From positions 896,001-960,000 of the forward strand of contig CAVYTU010000014.1 of assembly GCA_963771465.1 (NCBI GenBank): DNA of 64,000 nucleotides, written 5' to 3'. Below are positions 39,999 through 49,556 of the stretch, one piece after another. The notes under the pieces are model-generated. The model made no database searches. It was not told where the DNA came from and was given only the letters and a program-made list of their open reading frames with translations. The first letter of the stretch is position 1, and every line of letters begins with the position of its first letter. Both the position numbers and the translations under genes were made by a program. Source of the DNA: an uncultured delta proteobacterium. GTDB lineage: Bacteria; Desulfobacterota; Binatia; UBA9968.

Positions 39999-41117
39999 TC
40001 ACTTGTCCGCCCTGGGAAAACCGAAAGCCTTCACGATCTCCTCCTCATACTTTCCCATTTGGGAATAATGTTCCCAGCCCAACAAGGAAAGCTTCCTGCC
40101 CCTCGTCGCCTTTTCATGAAACGAGCCCGCAGTTAAATGCGAGGCCGCGCGGTCCACTTTGTCGAGAATGGCTTGAGCTTCCGGGCCTGACTGGAACTCC
40201 AACCATAAAAGTCCCGCGTAGGGGTTTCGCGCCATGGCCGAGACACCCTCCGCCTCCGTCAACCGCACCGGGATGGGCTCCAGAATTTTTATGGCGAGGA
40301 CATCTTGAACGTCTTTTTCCTTGAATCTCAGGTAGCCTTTGTAATTCAAGCCAAGATTCATAAGGATTTCTCCCCCCGTCATAAGAGGCAGGGTGCGGGT
40401 GTCCCCCCGAGTCCAGATGGGCTCTTGGGCCGCCAGTCGTTTGGCATAAGCCACCACTTTCTCCAACCCCCAAGCCGGCACGAGCGCGGCAACAGCTCTC
40501 GGCCGGACGTCCGTGGCAAATTTTTTTCCCTTGAATTCGGGCTTCAGCATGTCCTCGTAGGTGTCGGGCGTCTTATTCTCCGGCACTAATTTTTTGTTGT
40601 ATGCGAACCCTGCGATATTGGTCTGCAGAGCGAGGATGTGGCGGTTGACCGGATCGACCATTTCCGGCGGTATCCGCAGCACTCCGTGCTTGGTCATGCC
40701 GAGCAGGTCGAACTTTTTCTGGTGCGGAAGATACTCGGCATAATAGTCAAAGGCCACATAATTGACATCCCAGGCCGTGGTCTTGCCGAGCTTCAACTCT
40801 TGGACCATCCGGGTGTAATTATCCGTGCCGCCAATCTCGGTCGCCTTTACATCAATGAACGGGTATTTTTTCCGGAAAGCGTCCGCCGCGGCCCGGAGGG
40901 GCTCCGCATCCTGGGAGCTGAAAACTACGAGCTTACCTTCCTTCTTCGCCTTTGCCACGATTGCGTCGTGGTTAGTCTCAAAGATATAGCCTTTCGTCTC
41001 CGCCTCAGTTTTTGCCTTTGACAGCATCGCACTGCTCTGCGCGGCTGCAGTCGTGGCAAAAGCCCACGCGCCTAGGAAAAAAAAGACTACGGCTGTGCTA
41101 AGAATTTCAGTTTTCGT
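39999..41117 (-). CDS. Extracellular solute-binding protein (paralog family), apparent ACG start
   Basis: Frame extends 30 codons above 41027 through a signal peptide to ACG, 5 nt after GGAGGT. Confidence 0.85.
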   Translation of the reverse strand, partial: TKTEILSTAVVFFFLGAWAFATTAAAQSSAMLSKAKTEAETKGYIFETNHDAIVAKAKKEGKLVVFSSQDAEPLRAAADAFRKKYPFIDVKATEIGGTDNYTRMVQELKLGKTTAWDVNYVAFDYYAEYLPHQKKFDLLGMTKHGVLRIPPEMVDPVNRHILALQTNIAGFAYNKKLVPENKTPDTYEDMLKPEFKGKKFATDVRPRAVAALVPAWGLEKVVAYAKRLAAQEPIWTRGDTRTLPLMTGGEILMNLGLNYKGYLRFKEKDVQDVLAIKILEPIPVRLTEAEGVSAMARNPYAGLLWLEFQSGPEAQAILDKVDRAASHLTAGSFHEKATRGRKLSLLGWEHYSQMGKYEEEIVKAFGFPRADK

Positions 41118-41343
41118 GGTTCACCTCCAATCTTTTCTTTTGCTGGGCTTCCCTGGTATCCAATATTCCCTTCAGTTCGCACGTTTCCTTTTTGACATTG
41201 GCTAATCTCTCCTCGGGAAAAAATCCGGACTCGCGGAGCAATTCCAACCTGTTTATCCCTTATCATAATATTTCATCCTTTATATAGTTCTAATCCACTT
41301 TCGCTCGCGCCGGCGGTGCAAGCTTGGATTGCTGTTTTCTTGA

Positions 41344-41467
41344 TTCAACATCGGCTATTTCATCGACGTCGAGCCAGGAATAAGATTCGGGCTGGTCAGG
41401 TCGGGTTCATTGAGCAACTCATTGCGGTTCTAGGGATAAATAGGTCGGAGTCGCAACCCTCGAAAAC
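41344..41467 (+). repeat. Third, partial copy of the NUDIX 3' end
   Basis: AGCCAGGAATAAGATT..GGCTGGTCAGGTCGGGTTCATTGAGCAACTCAT...GGGATAAATAGGTCGGAGTCGCAAC. Confidence 0.88.
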
Positions 41468-41544
41468 CACGGCGGGCGGTGCGGGCTAACCGCTAACGTT
41501 TTTTAACTCCTGAACGGACCACTCTGAAAAAGCTTGATGATTAT

Positions 41545-41757
41545 CTAACGCGCTTTCTCCAACTCCGCCAAACGAGTCTTCGCCTGATTCGCGTACGGCG
41601 AGTCGGGATATTTTTCTACGATCTGCCGATAAAGTTTCGTAGCGTGCGGCTTGTTGAACTGCTTCTCTTCGAGCTGCGCCGTATCGTATAAATCCTTCGC
41701 TTTATCACCGCAGCCCGTGAGCAGTAGAAGCAGGCAGGCGGCAAGAAATCTTCGCAT
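41545..41757 (-). CDS. Small TPR-like lipoprotein
   Basis: Lipobox LLTGC; YRQIVEKYPDSPYA (BamD/CpoB-like repeat); GGAG RBS. Confidence 0.8.
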   Translation of the reverse strand: MRRFLAACLLLLLTGCGDKAKDLYDTAQLEEKQFNKPHATKLYRQIVEKYPDSPYANQAKTRLAELEKAR

Positions 41758-41853
41758 GAAAATTCTCCTTGTCGAATAGCCGTGAGACGTGAGGCCTGAG
41801 GCGATTCGGTTGATCGTGCAAAGCTCAGACTCACGCTTAACACCGATCCGGAC

Positions 41854-42955
41854 TTACACTCTGAACTGAGCAATCAGGTCATCTTCCGGATCCGCGCCGA
41901 GACCTGGGCCCTGCGGAACTTCAACTCCGCCGTTGATCACCGGCACGGTCTTGGAGAACGGAGTCGCGCCAAAGTCGGCAAACATCCGCTCGAGCGGAGA
42001 ATCTTTCTCTTTCGCCGCGAGGCAATGCAACACCGCTAGAAAAGCCGGTCCCAAATAAAAGGCGTTCGGCACGCAGAGGGCGCCCGCTTGCTCGACCTCG
42101 GCCGCTACTCTTGCCAAGGCGGTGATGCCCAGCTTGACCATGGCGGGCTGAACGTAATCAGCCTTGCCGATAGTGACCATGCGGCGGAACTCGCGCAGAC
42201 TGGTTGAGTTCTCGCCAATCCCCATGGGTACGCCGGTGACCGTGCGCAGCTTGGCAAGTGCTTCGAAGTCCTCCGGAGGATAGATCGGCTCCTCGACCCA
42301 GAACGGCTTGTACGGCGCCATCGCCGAGACCGCCGCCTCGGCTTCGACCGGCGTCCAAGCGCAGTTTGTATCCACCATGAGCGGAATGTCCGGCCCCGTC
42401 ACCTCGCGCGCGGCAGCGACCGCCTCAGGGAGTGCGCTCATGCAGCTTAATCAGGCGATAACCGCGTTCGAGAGCGCGAGCGGTGTTGCGCTTGATGTAT
42501 TCTGAGTTGCCGGAATATTGCAGCAACGAAGCATAGCATTGGACGTGCGTTCGCTTGGCGCCGCCAAGGAGCGTCGACACCGGAACACCCGCAAGCTTCC
42601 CCCGAATGTCCCACAGCGCAATGTCGAGTCCCGCGAGAGCGTGGGCCAGCGGACCGGAGCGGCTCATTGAGAGCAGCATCCGTTCTATGCGTGGGACGAG
42701 TTGCTCATCCGAGGCGCTCTGTCCAACGGCGAGACGCCTGATCCAGTTGTCGAACGCTGCGACGACCATGGGACGGGCTGTGCCGAATGACTCACCCCAA
42801 CCCACCAGGCCGCCACTGGTCGTCACGCGTACATAAAGGCTTTCAACATGCGTGCGTGGTATACCTTGAGCCATCGGCGCCGGAGCCCAGATGTCCAACG
42901 GAATGCGCAACGTGATCGTTTCGATCGCGGAGATTGTCTCGTCCATGGCCGTCAT
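41854..42955 (-). pseudogene. Mandelate racemase/muconate lactonizing enzyme family, split by a +1 frameshift
   Basis: GWGES, DIALWDIRGK, IKLH | MVDTN, WVEEP, GEN, P.GPGLG; the break is at CCC-TGA (42425-42430). Confidence 0.85.
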
Positions 42956-43024
42956 TCAAAGCAAGAATTCGTGAAAATGTCGAGCCGCATTCCTCCGACG
43001 AAAGTGCGGGATATGGGCTTGCCC

Positions 43025-43117
43025 TAGTGCTCTTAAAGAATTAACGCGACCGATCTCTCGTTACTCGTCAGGCTTTCTCGCAGCCTCGGCGGGGAATCCC
43101 GCATAGTTCGTCGAAAC
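43025..43117 (+). repeat. Dispersed ~100-bp repeat (TAGYGCT family), copy 3
   Basis: TAGTGCTCTTAAA...GATCTCTCGTTACTCGTCAGGC...CTCGGCGGGGAATCCCGCATAGTTCGT. Confidence 0.8.
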
Positions 43118-43160
43118 CGAAACAATCGGAACGCACCCCGACGAAGACCACGTGGAGAAA

Positions 43161-43243
43161 CCGACGAAACCCGAAACATCAAGATTCAAGACTTGACCCC
43201 GAATCTCTGAATCTGACCCCGAATCTCGTTGACCCCGAATCTC
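43161..43243. repeat. REP-like arm with three stuttered TGACCCCGAATCTC units
   Basis: CAAGATTCAAGACTTGACCCCGAATCTC followed by two more TGACCCCGAATCTC. Confidence 0.8.
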
Positions 43244-43708
43244 CGTTCCGGGTCGGTCTCGCCGTTAGCACCATTGATGCACTCCTGCATCTCGGCGCTG
43301 GGCCCAGGGACAATCACCCGTTCTTGTTCACACCCGCCACGCCGGGAGAACGGCTCATTGACCCGAAATGTCTGTAGCACCGGCAGCGGTCCACAATCCC
43401 AGCCGAGTTTGGCGGTGCGTTGTGTGCGGTAATGTCAACTTTGGACCGGAGCGAATTCGGCGCAGCGAGTGCCGCGGGACAGTTGGCTGCAGCTGAGGAG
43501 GAATAAACCTATGGCATTCGCTGATTCACGGCTGGATATTTCGGGACTGGGTCAGCTAGCGGCTGCAATTGGGGCAATCCCTGCTTCAGAGGGGAAGAGA
43601 TCGATCTTACGCCTGCAGACAGTGGCCCGACCGCGAGTTACTAGCCGCAATGAGACTCAGACAGTTCCGACGTGCTGTGATATTCGTCCGGCCCGAACTC
43701 TACTCACC

Positions 43709-43897
43709 CTAAATTGGCAATTTATCGACGACCACGGCGGCCTCGTCTATCGCCTCATGTGCCGCATCGCCCGCGACAGGCACGATGGAAGTCACTGCGC
43801 CAACCACGCGCATCGGCACGGTGACTAATTTGGTGAGCACACAACCGGATAGCAGGATCGTCCCGATCAGCAAACATAACGCTCTGATGAATCGCAT
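43709..43897 (-). CDS. Small lipoprotein of unknown function
   Basis: Lipobox LSGC, VTVPMRVVGAV; GGAGG RBS. Confidence 0.8.
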   Translation of the reverse strand: MRFIRALCLLIGTILLSGCVLTKLVTVPMRVVGAVTSIVPVAGDAAHEAIDEAAVVVDKLPI

Positions 43898-44673
43898 AAT
43901 AGCCTCCTGAGTAAAACGCATATAGCTCAGTCAACGCTAGCACTGCAAACAAATCCACGACGACACGAGGATTGCAGATTCTCGTAGCACGTGTAAGTAG
44001 ACGAAATTACACTGCGCTGCAATATACAAAACGAATCCATCAGTATACGGAACCAGACGCTGAGGATTATTTTTTCCGCCTCCTCCGTATGCCAGCCGCT
44101 TTATTTTGACCCCGTTGATGCTTTGCTCGGATCGGAATCACTCGGCACTGAGCTGTGAGTGAAGCCAATTCTCTGAGAGCCCTCACCAGCTAACCATTCC
44201 AACCCCGGGTCATAGGTGTCATATCTCCTTGAATTCTTCATAAAGTATTACGCGCGTGACCCATGTGTCAGATTTAACAGCGTGAAGGCCGACAATGAGA
44301 AACCCGTCGTGGACAGGCGACTGGACCGACCCGACACGAGAATTGATGATGCTCTGCCCAGGGAAATCAGAATCACGGATGTGCACTTGATTTCGAGTGT
44401 CGTGAAGACTAGCAAGACGGACAACCACCAGCAAAAACCAACAGAAAATCCACGCCTCTCTCCCCTCTTCTCCGTCTGTGAGTGCTCCTTGTTGCTGAAG
44501 GAACGAGCACAAAACTAGCACAGCAGGGATCGCAGAGTCGCCCCTCGCCTTGCACGCGGTCTTTGCCGATACTAATATCGGCTGGGCGGTATACTCCAGT
44601 TAGGCGCACCGACGAACGTGAGTCGGAGATAACGGAAATGAATAAATCTGTCCCCATTTTCTGCTCACGGTAG

Positions 44674-45420
44674 ATGACCGTGAATCTCCGCGCCATGACC
44701 TACAACATCCACAGTGGCTTTGGACGGCACGGCCACGACCTTCACACCATCCTTCGGGTAATCGAGGCCGAGCGGGTGGACCTCGTGGCGCTGCAGGAAG
44801 TCGATTTTGCGTTGCGTCGAAGCGGGTACGTCAACCAGGCCCAATGGCTCGCCGATCGTCTCAGTATGCACGCGATCATCGGCGGTACGCGTCGTCAAGG
44901 CCGTTACGGCAACGCGCTGCTCACGCGCTGGGCGACCACCTTCGTGATGAACCACAGTCTCACCGTGCGGCCGCATCCCGGACGGGCCTGCCTGGAGGCG
45001 CACCTTACCACCCCGAAGGGCACGCTTCGCTGTTACGTGACGCACCTGGGGCTGGTGCCTCAGGAGCGCATGGCCCAGGTGAAGCGGTTGACCCGGGAGA
45101 TCATCGTGGCGGATGGAGGCCATGAGCCGGCTCTCTTGATGGGTGATTTCAACACGGTGTCGCGAAGCCGCGTCTCACGCCTTCTACGGAGGCGCTTCAC
45201 CGACGCGTTCAAAGTCGCGGGGAACGGTCGGGCTGCGACCTTCCACGCACGGCTGCGAGGGATGCGGTTCGACTATATCTATGCCGCCGGTCTGACGCCG
45301 ATCGCCGCTCACGTGCTCGTGACACGCTGGTCCGTCAGGGCATCCGACCACCTTCCGCTCGTCGCGGTGTTGCGGGCCGATTTCGGCGGAAAGCACACCC
45401 CTGATCCTAACTTGAATTAA
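44674..45420 (+). CDS. Endonuclease/exonuclease/phosphatase (EEP) family protein
   Basis: TYNIH, ALQEVD, YGNALL, THL, MGDFN, DYI, SDHLP. Confidence 0.93.
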   Translation: MTVNLRAMTYNIHSGFGRHGHDLHTILRVIEAERVDLVALQEVDFALRRSGYVNQAQWLADRLSMHAIIGGTRRQGRYGNALLTRWATTFVMNHSLTVRPHPGRACLEAHLTTPKGTLRCYVTHLGLVPQERMAQVKRLTREIIVADGGHEPALLMGDFNTVSRSRVSRLLRRRFTDAFKVAGNGRAATFHARLRGMRFDYIYAAGLTPIAAHVLVTRWSVRASDHLPLVAVLRADFGGKHTPDPNLN

Positions 45421-45534
45421 TGGAGACAGATCTATTTTTCACAGACGCATCACAGTTTCGTTTTCACAACGATCCAAAGACTGTACATGGGGTTTTGAAA
45501 AAACTTCCGTAAGGGACAAAGATTGCGGTCGCAC

Positions 45535-45604
45535 AAAGATTTTGGGGTCAAGTCTTAATCTTGATGTTTCTGGTTTTGTCCTCAAAAAAGATTTGGGGTC
45601 AAGT
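45535..45604. repeat. Two REP-like GGGGTCAAGT arms
   Basis: AAAGATTTTGGGGTCAAGTCTT and AAAGATTTGGGGTCAAGT. Confidence 0.75.
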
Positions 45605-45800
45605 TGAACTAGCCCAGATTTGACGGACACCGAGAAAGGGGTCGCCACCTAACGCTTGCGCTTTCGATGCCGGCGAATGAAATCGAGAACGATATCGTTA
45701 AAAATCTTTGGATGCTCCCAATAGATCGAATGACCGCATTCGGCGAGGGTAACGAGTTCACTCCGGTGGATGCACTTCGCAACTATCTGGTCATGATCGC
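45605..45800. repeat. IS3-type left end plus diverged duplicate of the alpha/beta hydrolase 3' end
   Basis: GATTTGACGGACACCGAGAAAGGGGTCGCCACCTAACGCTTG... occurs at 45617 and 45835. Confidence 0.85.
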
Positions 45801-45866
45801 AACAGAAGAGTTGAGATCTATGCTAGCTAGCCCCGATTTGACGGACACCGAGAAAGGGGTCGCCAC

Positions 45867-46729
45867 CTAACGCTTGCGCTTTCGATGCCGGCGAATGAAA
45901 TCGAGAACGATATCGTTAAAGAGCTTTGGATGCTCCCAATAAATCGAATGGCCGCATTCGGCGACGGTAACGAGTTCGCTCCGGCGGATGCACTTCGCCA
46001 CCATCCGCATGATCGACGGCGGCGTTGAAGAATCCGCATCGCCGGTAACCAGCAGCGTCGGGACTTTCATCTTGTTCAGGACTTGCGGCGTAATAAAGTT
46101 GTTGTGCGCTTGTTGGACGCCCTGGTGCTTGGTGGCGTCGTCGGCCAGCTTGTCCCAGGCTTTAAGGCCTCTCGGGTTGGCCGCAATATACGAGCAACTG
46201 AATTCCCGATACCAGCGCGGCATCTCGTTCCACTGTTTAACCCGGACGACTCGGCCATCTTCAAAATATTACCCTTGCGGATACCGGCATAGTTGCTGGT
46301 GATCGCCAAGCTTAAAGTCCTTTTGGGATAGGAAAGCGCAAAGTCCGCAGCAATGCTGCCGCCGGCGGCGCTGCTGACGATATGAGCCTTTTCGATGGAC
46401 AACGCGTCGAGCAGGCCGTTGAGGTCATCGGCGGCCGAGTGCTTGTCGCCTTTGCGCAATTTGTCGGACTTGTAGTAGCCGCGCCGGGCATAACTGATCA
46501 CCCGATAGCCGGCCTTGGCAAAGACCGGTTGCTGGTAAGCCCAAACCTTGGGATCACCTGTCGCGGCCGGATGCAGAAAGACCACAGCCTCGCCCTCGCC
46601 GCCGGTGTCGGCGTAGAAAATCTTCCTGCCCGGCAGCTTGGCCAGGGCACGTTTGGCCGGCACCTGCTTGGGCAGGGGTATGGGATTCATTGGATTGGCG
46701 GCGTTATTGCGGACAAAGCGTTCGCTCAT
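45867..46729 (-). pseudogene. Alpha/beta hydrolase, frameshifted
   Basis: VVFLHP, SYARRG, KVPTLLVTGDAD, GHSIYWEHP; 1-nt deletion near 46248. Confidence 0.82.
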
Positions 46730-46879
46730 CGGATACTCCTTAGTTTCATTGCGGGATTCATGTTCTGTGGTAGGGGTGCGGGCGGCGTCACGTACCGTTG
46801 CAGTTTCGTTGAATCGCCCTATTTGACTGGCCGGTAGCCGCTGCACTTTTTGGGCTAGAAATTGCACAGATCGCGATTT

Positions 46880-46906
46880 GAGGTCAAGTCTTCAAGATAC
46901 GACCCC
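46880..46906. repeat. Collapsed REP-like pair
   Basis: GAGGTCAAGTCTT-CAAGATACGACCCC. Confidence 0.55.
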
Positions 46907-46952
46907 GCTGGTAACTCGCGAACCGCTACCATCTTTGTTTGTGTAGCTCCGG

Positions 46953-47264
46953 CTAGCGGCTATCGCGGCGCCGGTTGAGCTTTGCGTCCGCACGTTGACG
47001 GCTAATCTCTTCACTTCCCAACGGATCGTAATCGCAGGGCCCGTAGAGGAATATTATATCGCCATCGGTCGAATCTTTGAGCCGGGGCTGCGACGAAAAC
47101 AATGTGTCCTCGCGAATCGCTGGAAACCATAAGCGGCAGTAGTTGGTGTCCGCGACCGGAACCCTGCGAACAACCTCGTCCGCGTCGACGGCGGGTGCAC
47201 TAAAGCACCCGGCAATGCTTGCAGCCATGACGAAGCCGCCTATTTTCATCTTTTTTGTAGCCAT
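46953..47264 (-). CDS. Small secreted protein of unknown function
   Basis: Signal-like N-terminus; NYC...FPAIREDTL and YGPCDYDPLG. Confidence 0.65.
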   Translation of the reverse strand: MATKKMKIGGFVMAASIAGCFSAPAVDADEVVRRVPVADTNYCRLWFPAIREDTLFSSQPRLKDSTDGDIIFLYGPCDYDPLGSEEISRQRADAKLNRRRDSR

Positions 47265-47348
47265 GTTTTTCCGAGAACGCGGCGTAATCTTCGGGCTTGT
47301 CGAAAAGTCGGCTGCGCCCATGACGGAGATGGATGTATGCGTTGCTCT

Positions 47349-47408
47349 ATGCCTAGACAAGCACGCATTGCTCCCGGTGAAATAATTTATCACGCTCTTT
47401 ACCGCGCC
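47349..47408 (+). mobile_element. Truncated N-terminus of a REP-associated Y1 (RAYT-like) transposase
   Basis: MPRQARIAPGEIIYHALYRA matches the MPRxxR..PG..YH...R start of Y1 transposases; fused directly to REP-derived sequence. Confidence 0.6.
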
Positions 47409-47668
47409 TCTGCAATCACACATTCCCGCTTCGCTCCTTCATCCGTTTGCGGCGTCGTCTCACGTCGGATGATCCCCGCGCTGACCCTGCGGATTATAAT
47501 CGACTATTGCTATTATATCGAGACAGGACCTGTTATCCCGACCGGGCTGCGGGTCGGACCTGGGCAACTTCTCGCACGCGTGAAGGAGCTTGGCGATATG
47601 AGATCTTATAGGAGCATACATTTGAAACCCTAGAAACTCGATGCGACAACAAAACAAAGCGTTTTCAT

Positions 47669-48934
47669 TCAACGACGCGCTTGGAAGTATTTGAGTACGT
47701 ATTCTTTATTTTCCGGATACCATAGGTTGCCGAGATGTCCGCCGCGTGGATAAAGCATCACTTGGTCGCCCAGGGCTTCTTTGAGCGCTTCAATGGACGA
47801 TTTCTCGGCGAAGAAATCATCGGCGTTGTGAATGATGTGCACTTTAGGATTATCACGCAACCGATCGTAGATGCTCGCCAATGACCCATGTTGAACGAAC
47901 CTTTGCGGTTCCGCCTGCAAATCTCCTTTTTGCCTTCGCCATAGGGGGAGAGCGATTTTTCGGTCATAGTCATTGAACGTAAAGCTCTTAGCTTCCTCCA
48001 GCCGTTTTCTCTTGTCATTTTTCGCGGCGGTAAGCACTCTCTGGTCGTTAATGACCTGGGTGACGTAGATCAGCTCGGCGAGCTGGCTCTGTAGGTTTTC
48101 GGCGAATAGGAATTGCATGTCTTCTCTCTTGAAAGCAGCGAATTTTTTCGCTAATTGCTCGAAGACCTCGGGATCGTCCCGCTTTGCCTTGGCAAACGAA
48201 TCGATGATGGCAAGCGCATTCGATACGATTTGCAGAGACTTCTCCTTGCCTAATTTTCTGTCCAACGCTTTCCATTCATCGATTTTACTGACGGCGTAAG
48301 CGAGATCGACGGGTGGGTTTACGAGCAGATATTTGGCGATGCCGATCTTGCCTTCGTCGGCGTCGATGACGCTCAAATGCGCGCCTTCAAGGGCGCCTAA
48401 ACTGACCCCCATGAAATTGATCGCCGTGGTTTTGACGTTGTGTCGATCGCGCAAGAGCTTAAGGGTTTTTTGCATCACTTCGTAGAGATCGCGAGCGTCG
48501 TCCGGCGCGTAACCAGGTGCGCCGCTGCGACTCGCCGATAACGCGAAGTTCCAGCTCATCGGCGAGGGTAAAACCACCACGTGGGAACCCTCTCGATGGA
48601 ACAGGTTCGCCAAATACGGCGCGATCCCGAAGTAGGGACTCGAGCCAAGGCCGGGAAGAATGAAAAGCAGCGGCGCCGCGCGGTTTTGGCGATAAAGCGC
48701 CAGACTCACGTCGCCGCGTCCTTGGAGAGAAGGCAGATTATTTCTGCCGCGAAGTCCCGGCACACGGACGATGGTCGATTGGGCGGCCGACGTCGCGCCG
48801 TCGTCGCTCAAGATCGCGAGAGTGGCGGTTGCCAAGTAGGGATCGGGATAAGGGTACCTATAGTCTGCCGGTTCGATTGCTCGGGCCGACGTCGCCCACA
48901 GGGCGACAAGAATGAGAGCGAGATAAAAGCGCAT
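47669..48934 (-). CDS. Secreted alpha/beta hydrolase-fold protein
   Basis: Signal peptide; GVSLG nucleophile elbow, HNADD, GGHLG. Confidence 0.82.
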   Translation of the reverse strand: MRFYLALILVALWATSARAIEPADYRYPYPDPYLATATLAILSDDGATSAAQSTIVRVPGLRGRNNLPSLQGRGDVSLALYRQNRAAPLLFILPGLGSSPYFGIAPYLANLFHREGSHVVVLPSPMSWNFALSASRSGAPGYAPDDARDLYEVMQKTLKLLRDRHNVKTTAINFMGVSLGALEGAHLSVIDADEGKIGIAKYLLVNPPVDLAYAVSKIDEWKALDRKLGKEKSLQIVSNALAIIDSFAKAKRDDPEVFEQLAKKFAAFKREDMQFLFAENLQSQLAELIYVTQVINDQRVLTAAKNDKRKRLEEAKSFTFNDYDRKIALPLWRRQKGDLQAEPQRFVQHGSLASIYDRLRDNPKVHIIHNADDFFAEKSSIEALKEALGDQVMLYPRGGHLGNLWYPENKEYVLKYFQARR

Positions 48935-49556
48935 ACTAAAACTCCTGTTGACTCGATGGATGCAGGCAATCCAGACGTTAAAGTTATTTTCATGGTATTG
49001 TCGGATCTATTCAAAAAGGAGACGGTCGGATTTCCTTCTTGCTCTGTATGCTAAAACTTTTACCTCGGCGCTGCTAGCCATTTTTTTGGGAAGTTTTCCC
49101 TGGGGTCAGGACTGGAATGCCGCCAGGGACTTGCAAATCCCAATTAGAGCTCGCATCTGATGGCAGCGGTAATGAAGCGGTGACGTTAAACCGTCGGTTC
49201 AACAAGAGCGATATGAGGTCAGCTCATCGTGACCCTCCTTTGCTCCTCTCTGGAAATCGGAGCAAGTCTAGAGTTCTATAGATTTTCACCTTCGAACAAA
49301 TCGTGACACAGACAAAATACCGGAATCAACGATTCAACTCCGGACCCGACCCCTTTCTTCTGACTCGGATTCTTATCTCCGGTCTTTTCTCGGAGCGCAA
49401 ACACGGCAACCGGTTAAACGGAATGGAAGTCGGTTTTCTGCGCGCGATGGGTTAGAGGAAAGCCTCACAACTGTCAACAAAAGACTTGAACCGATTCCTT
49501 CACACTTGCTCCGGTGGGGGATCAAGGATTGACAATTGTGCTTGCCCGGCGACGCT

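Noticed and set aside
44219-44521. 100-aa ORFs on both strands
   Set aside because: No motifs or RBS; coding status cannot be supported.
44570-44610. Integron attC site (GTTAGGC), also at ~1056
   Set aside because: No complementary RYYYAAC box with an attC-length palindrome, and no intI in the window.
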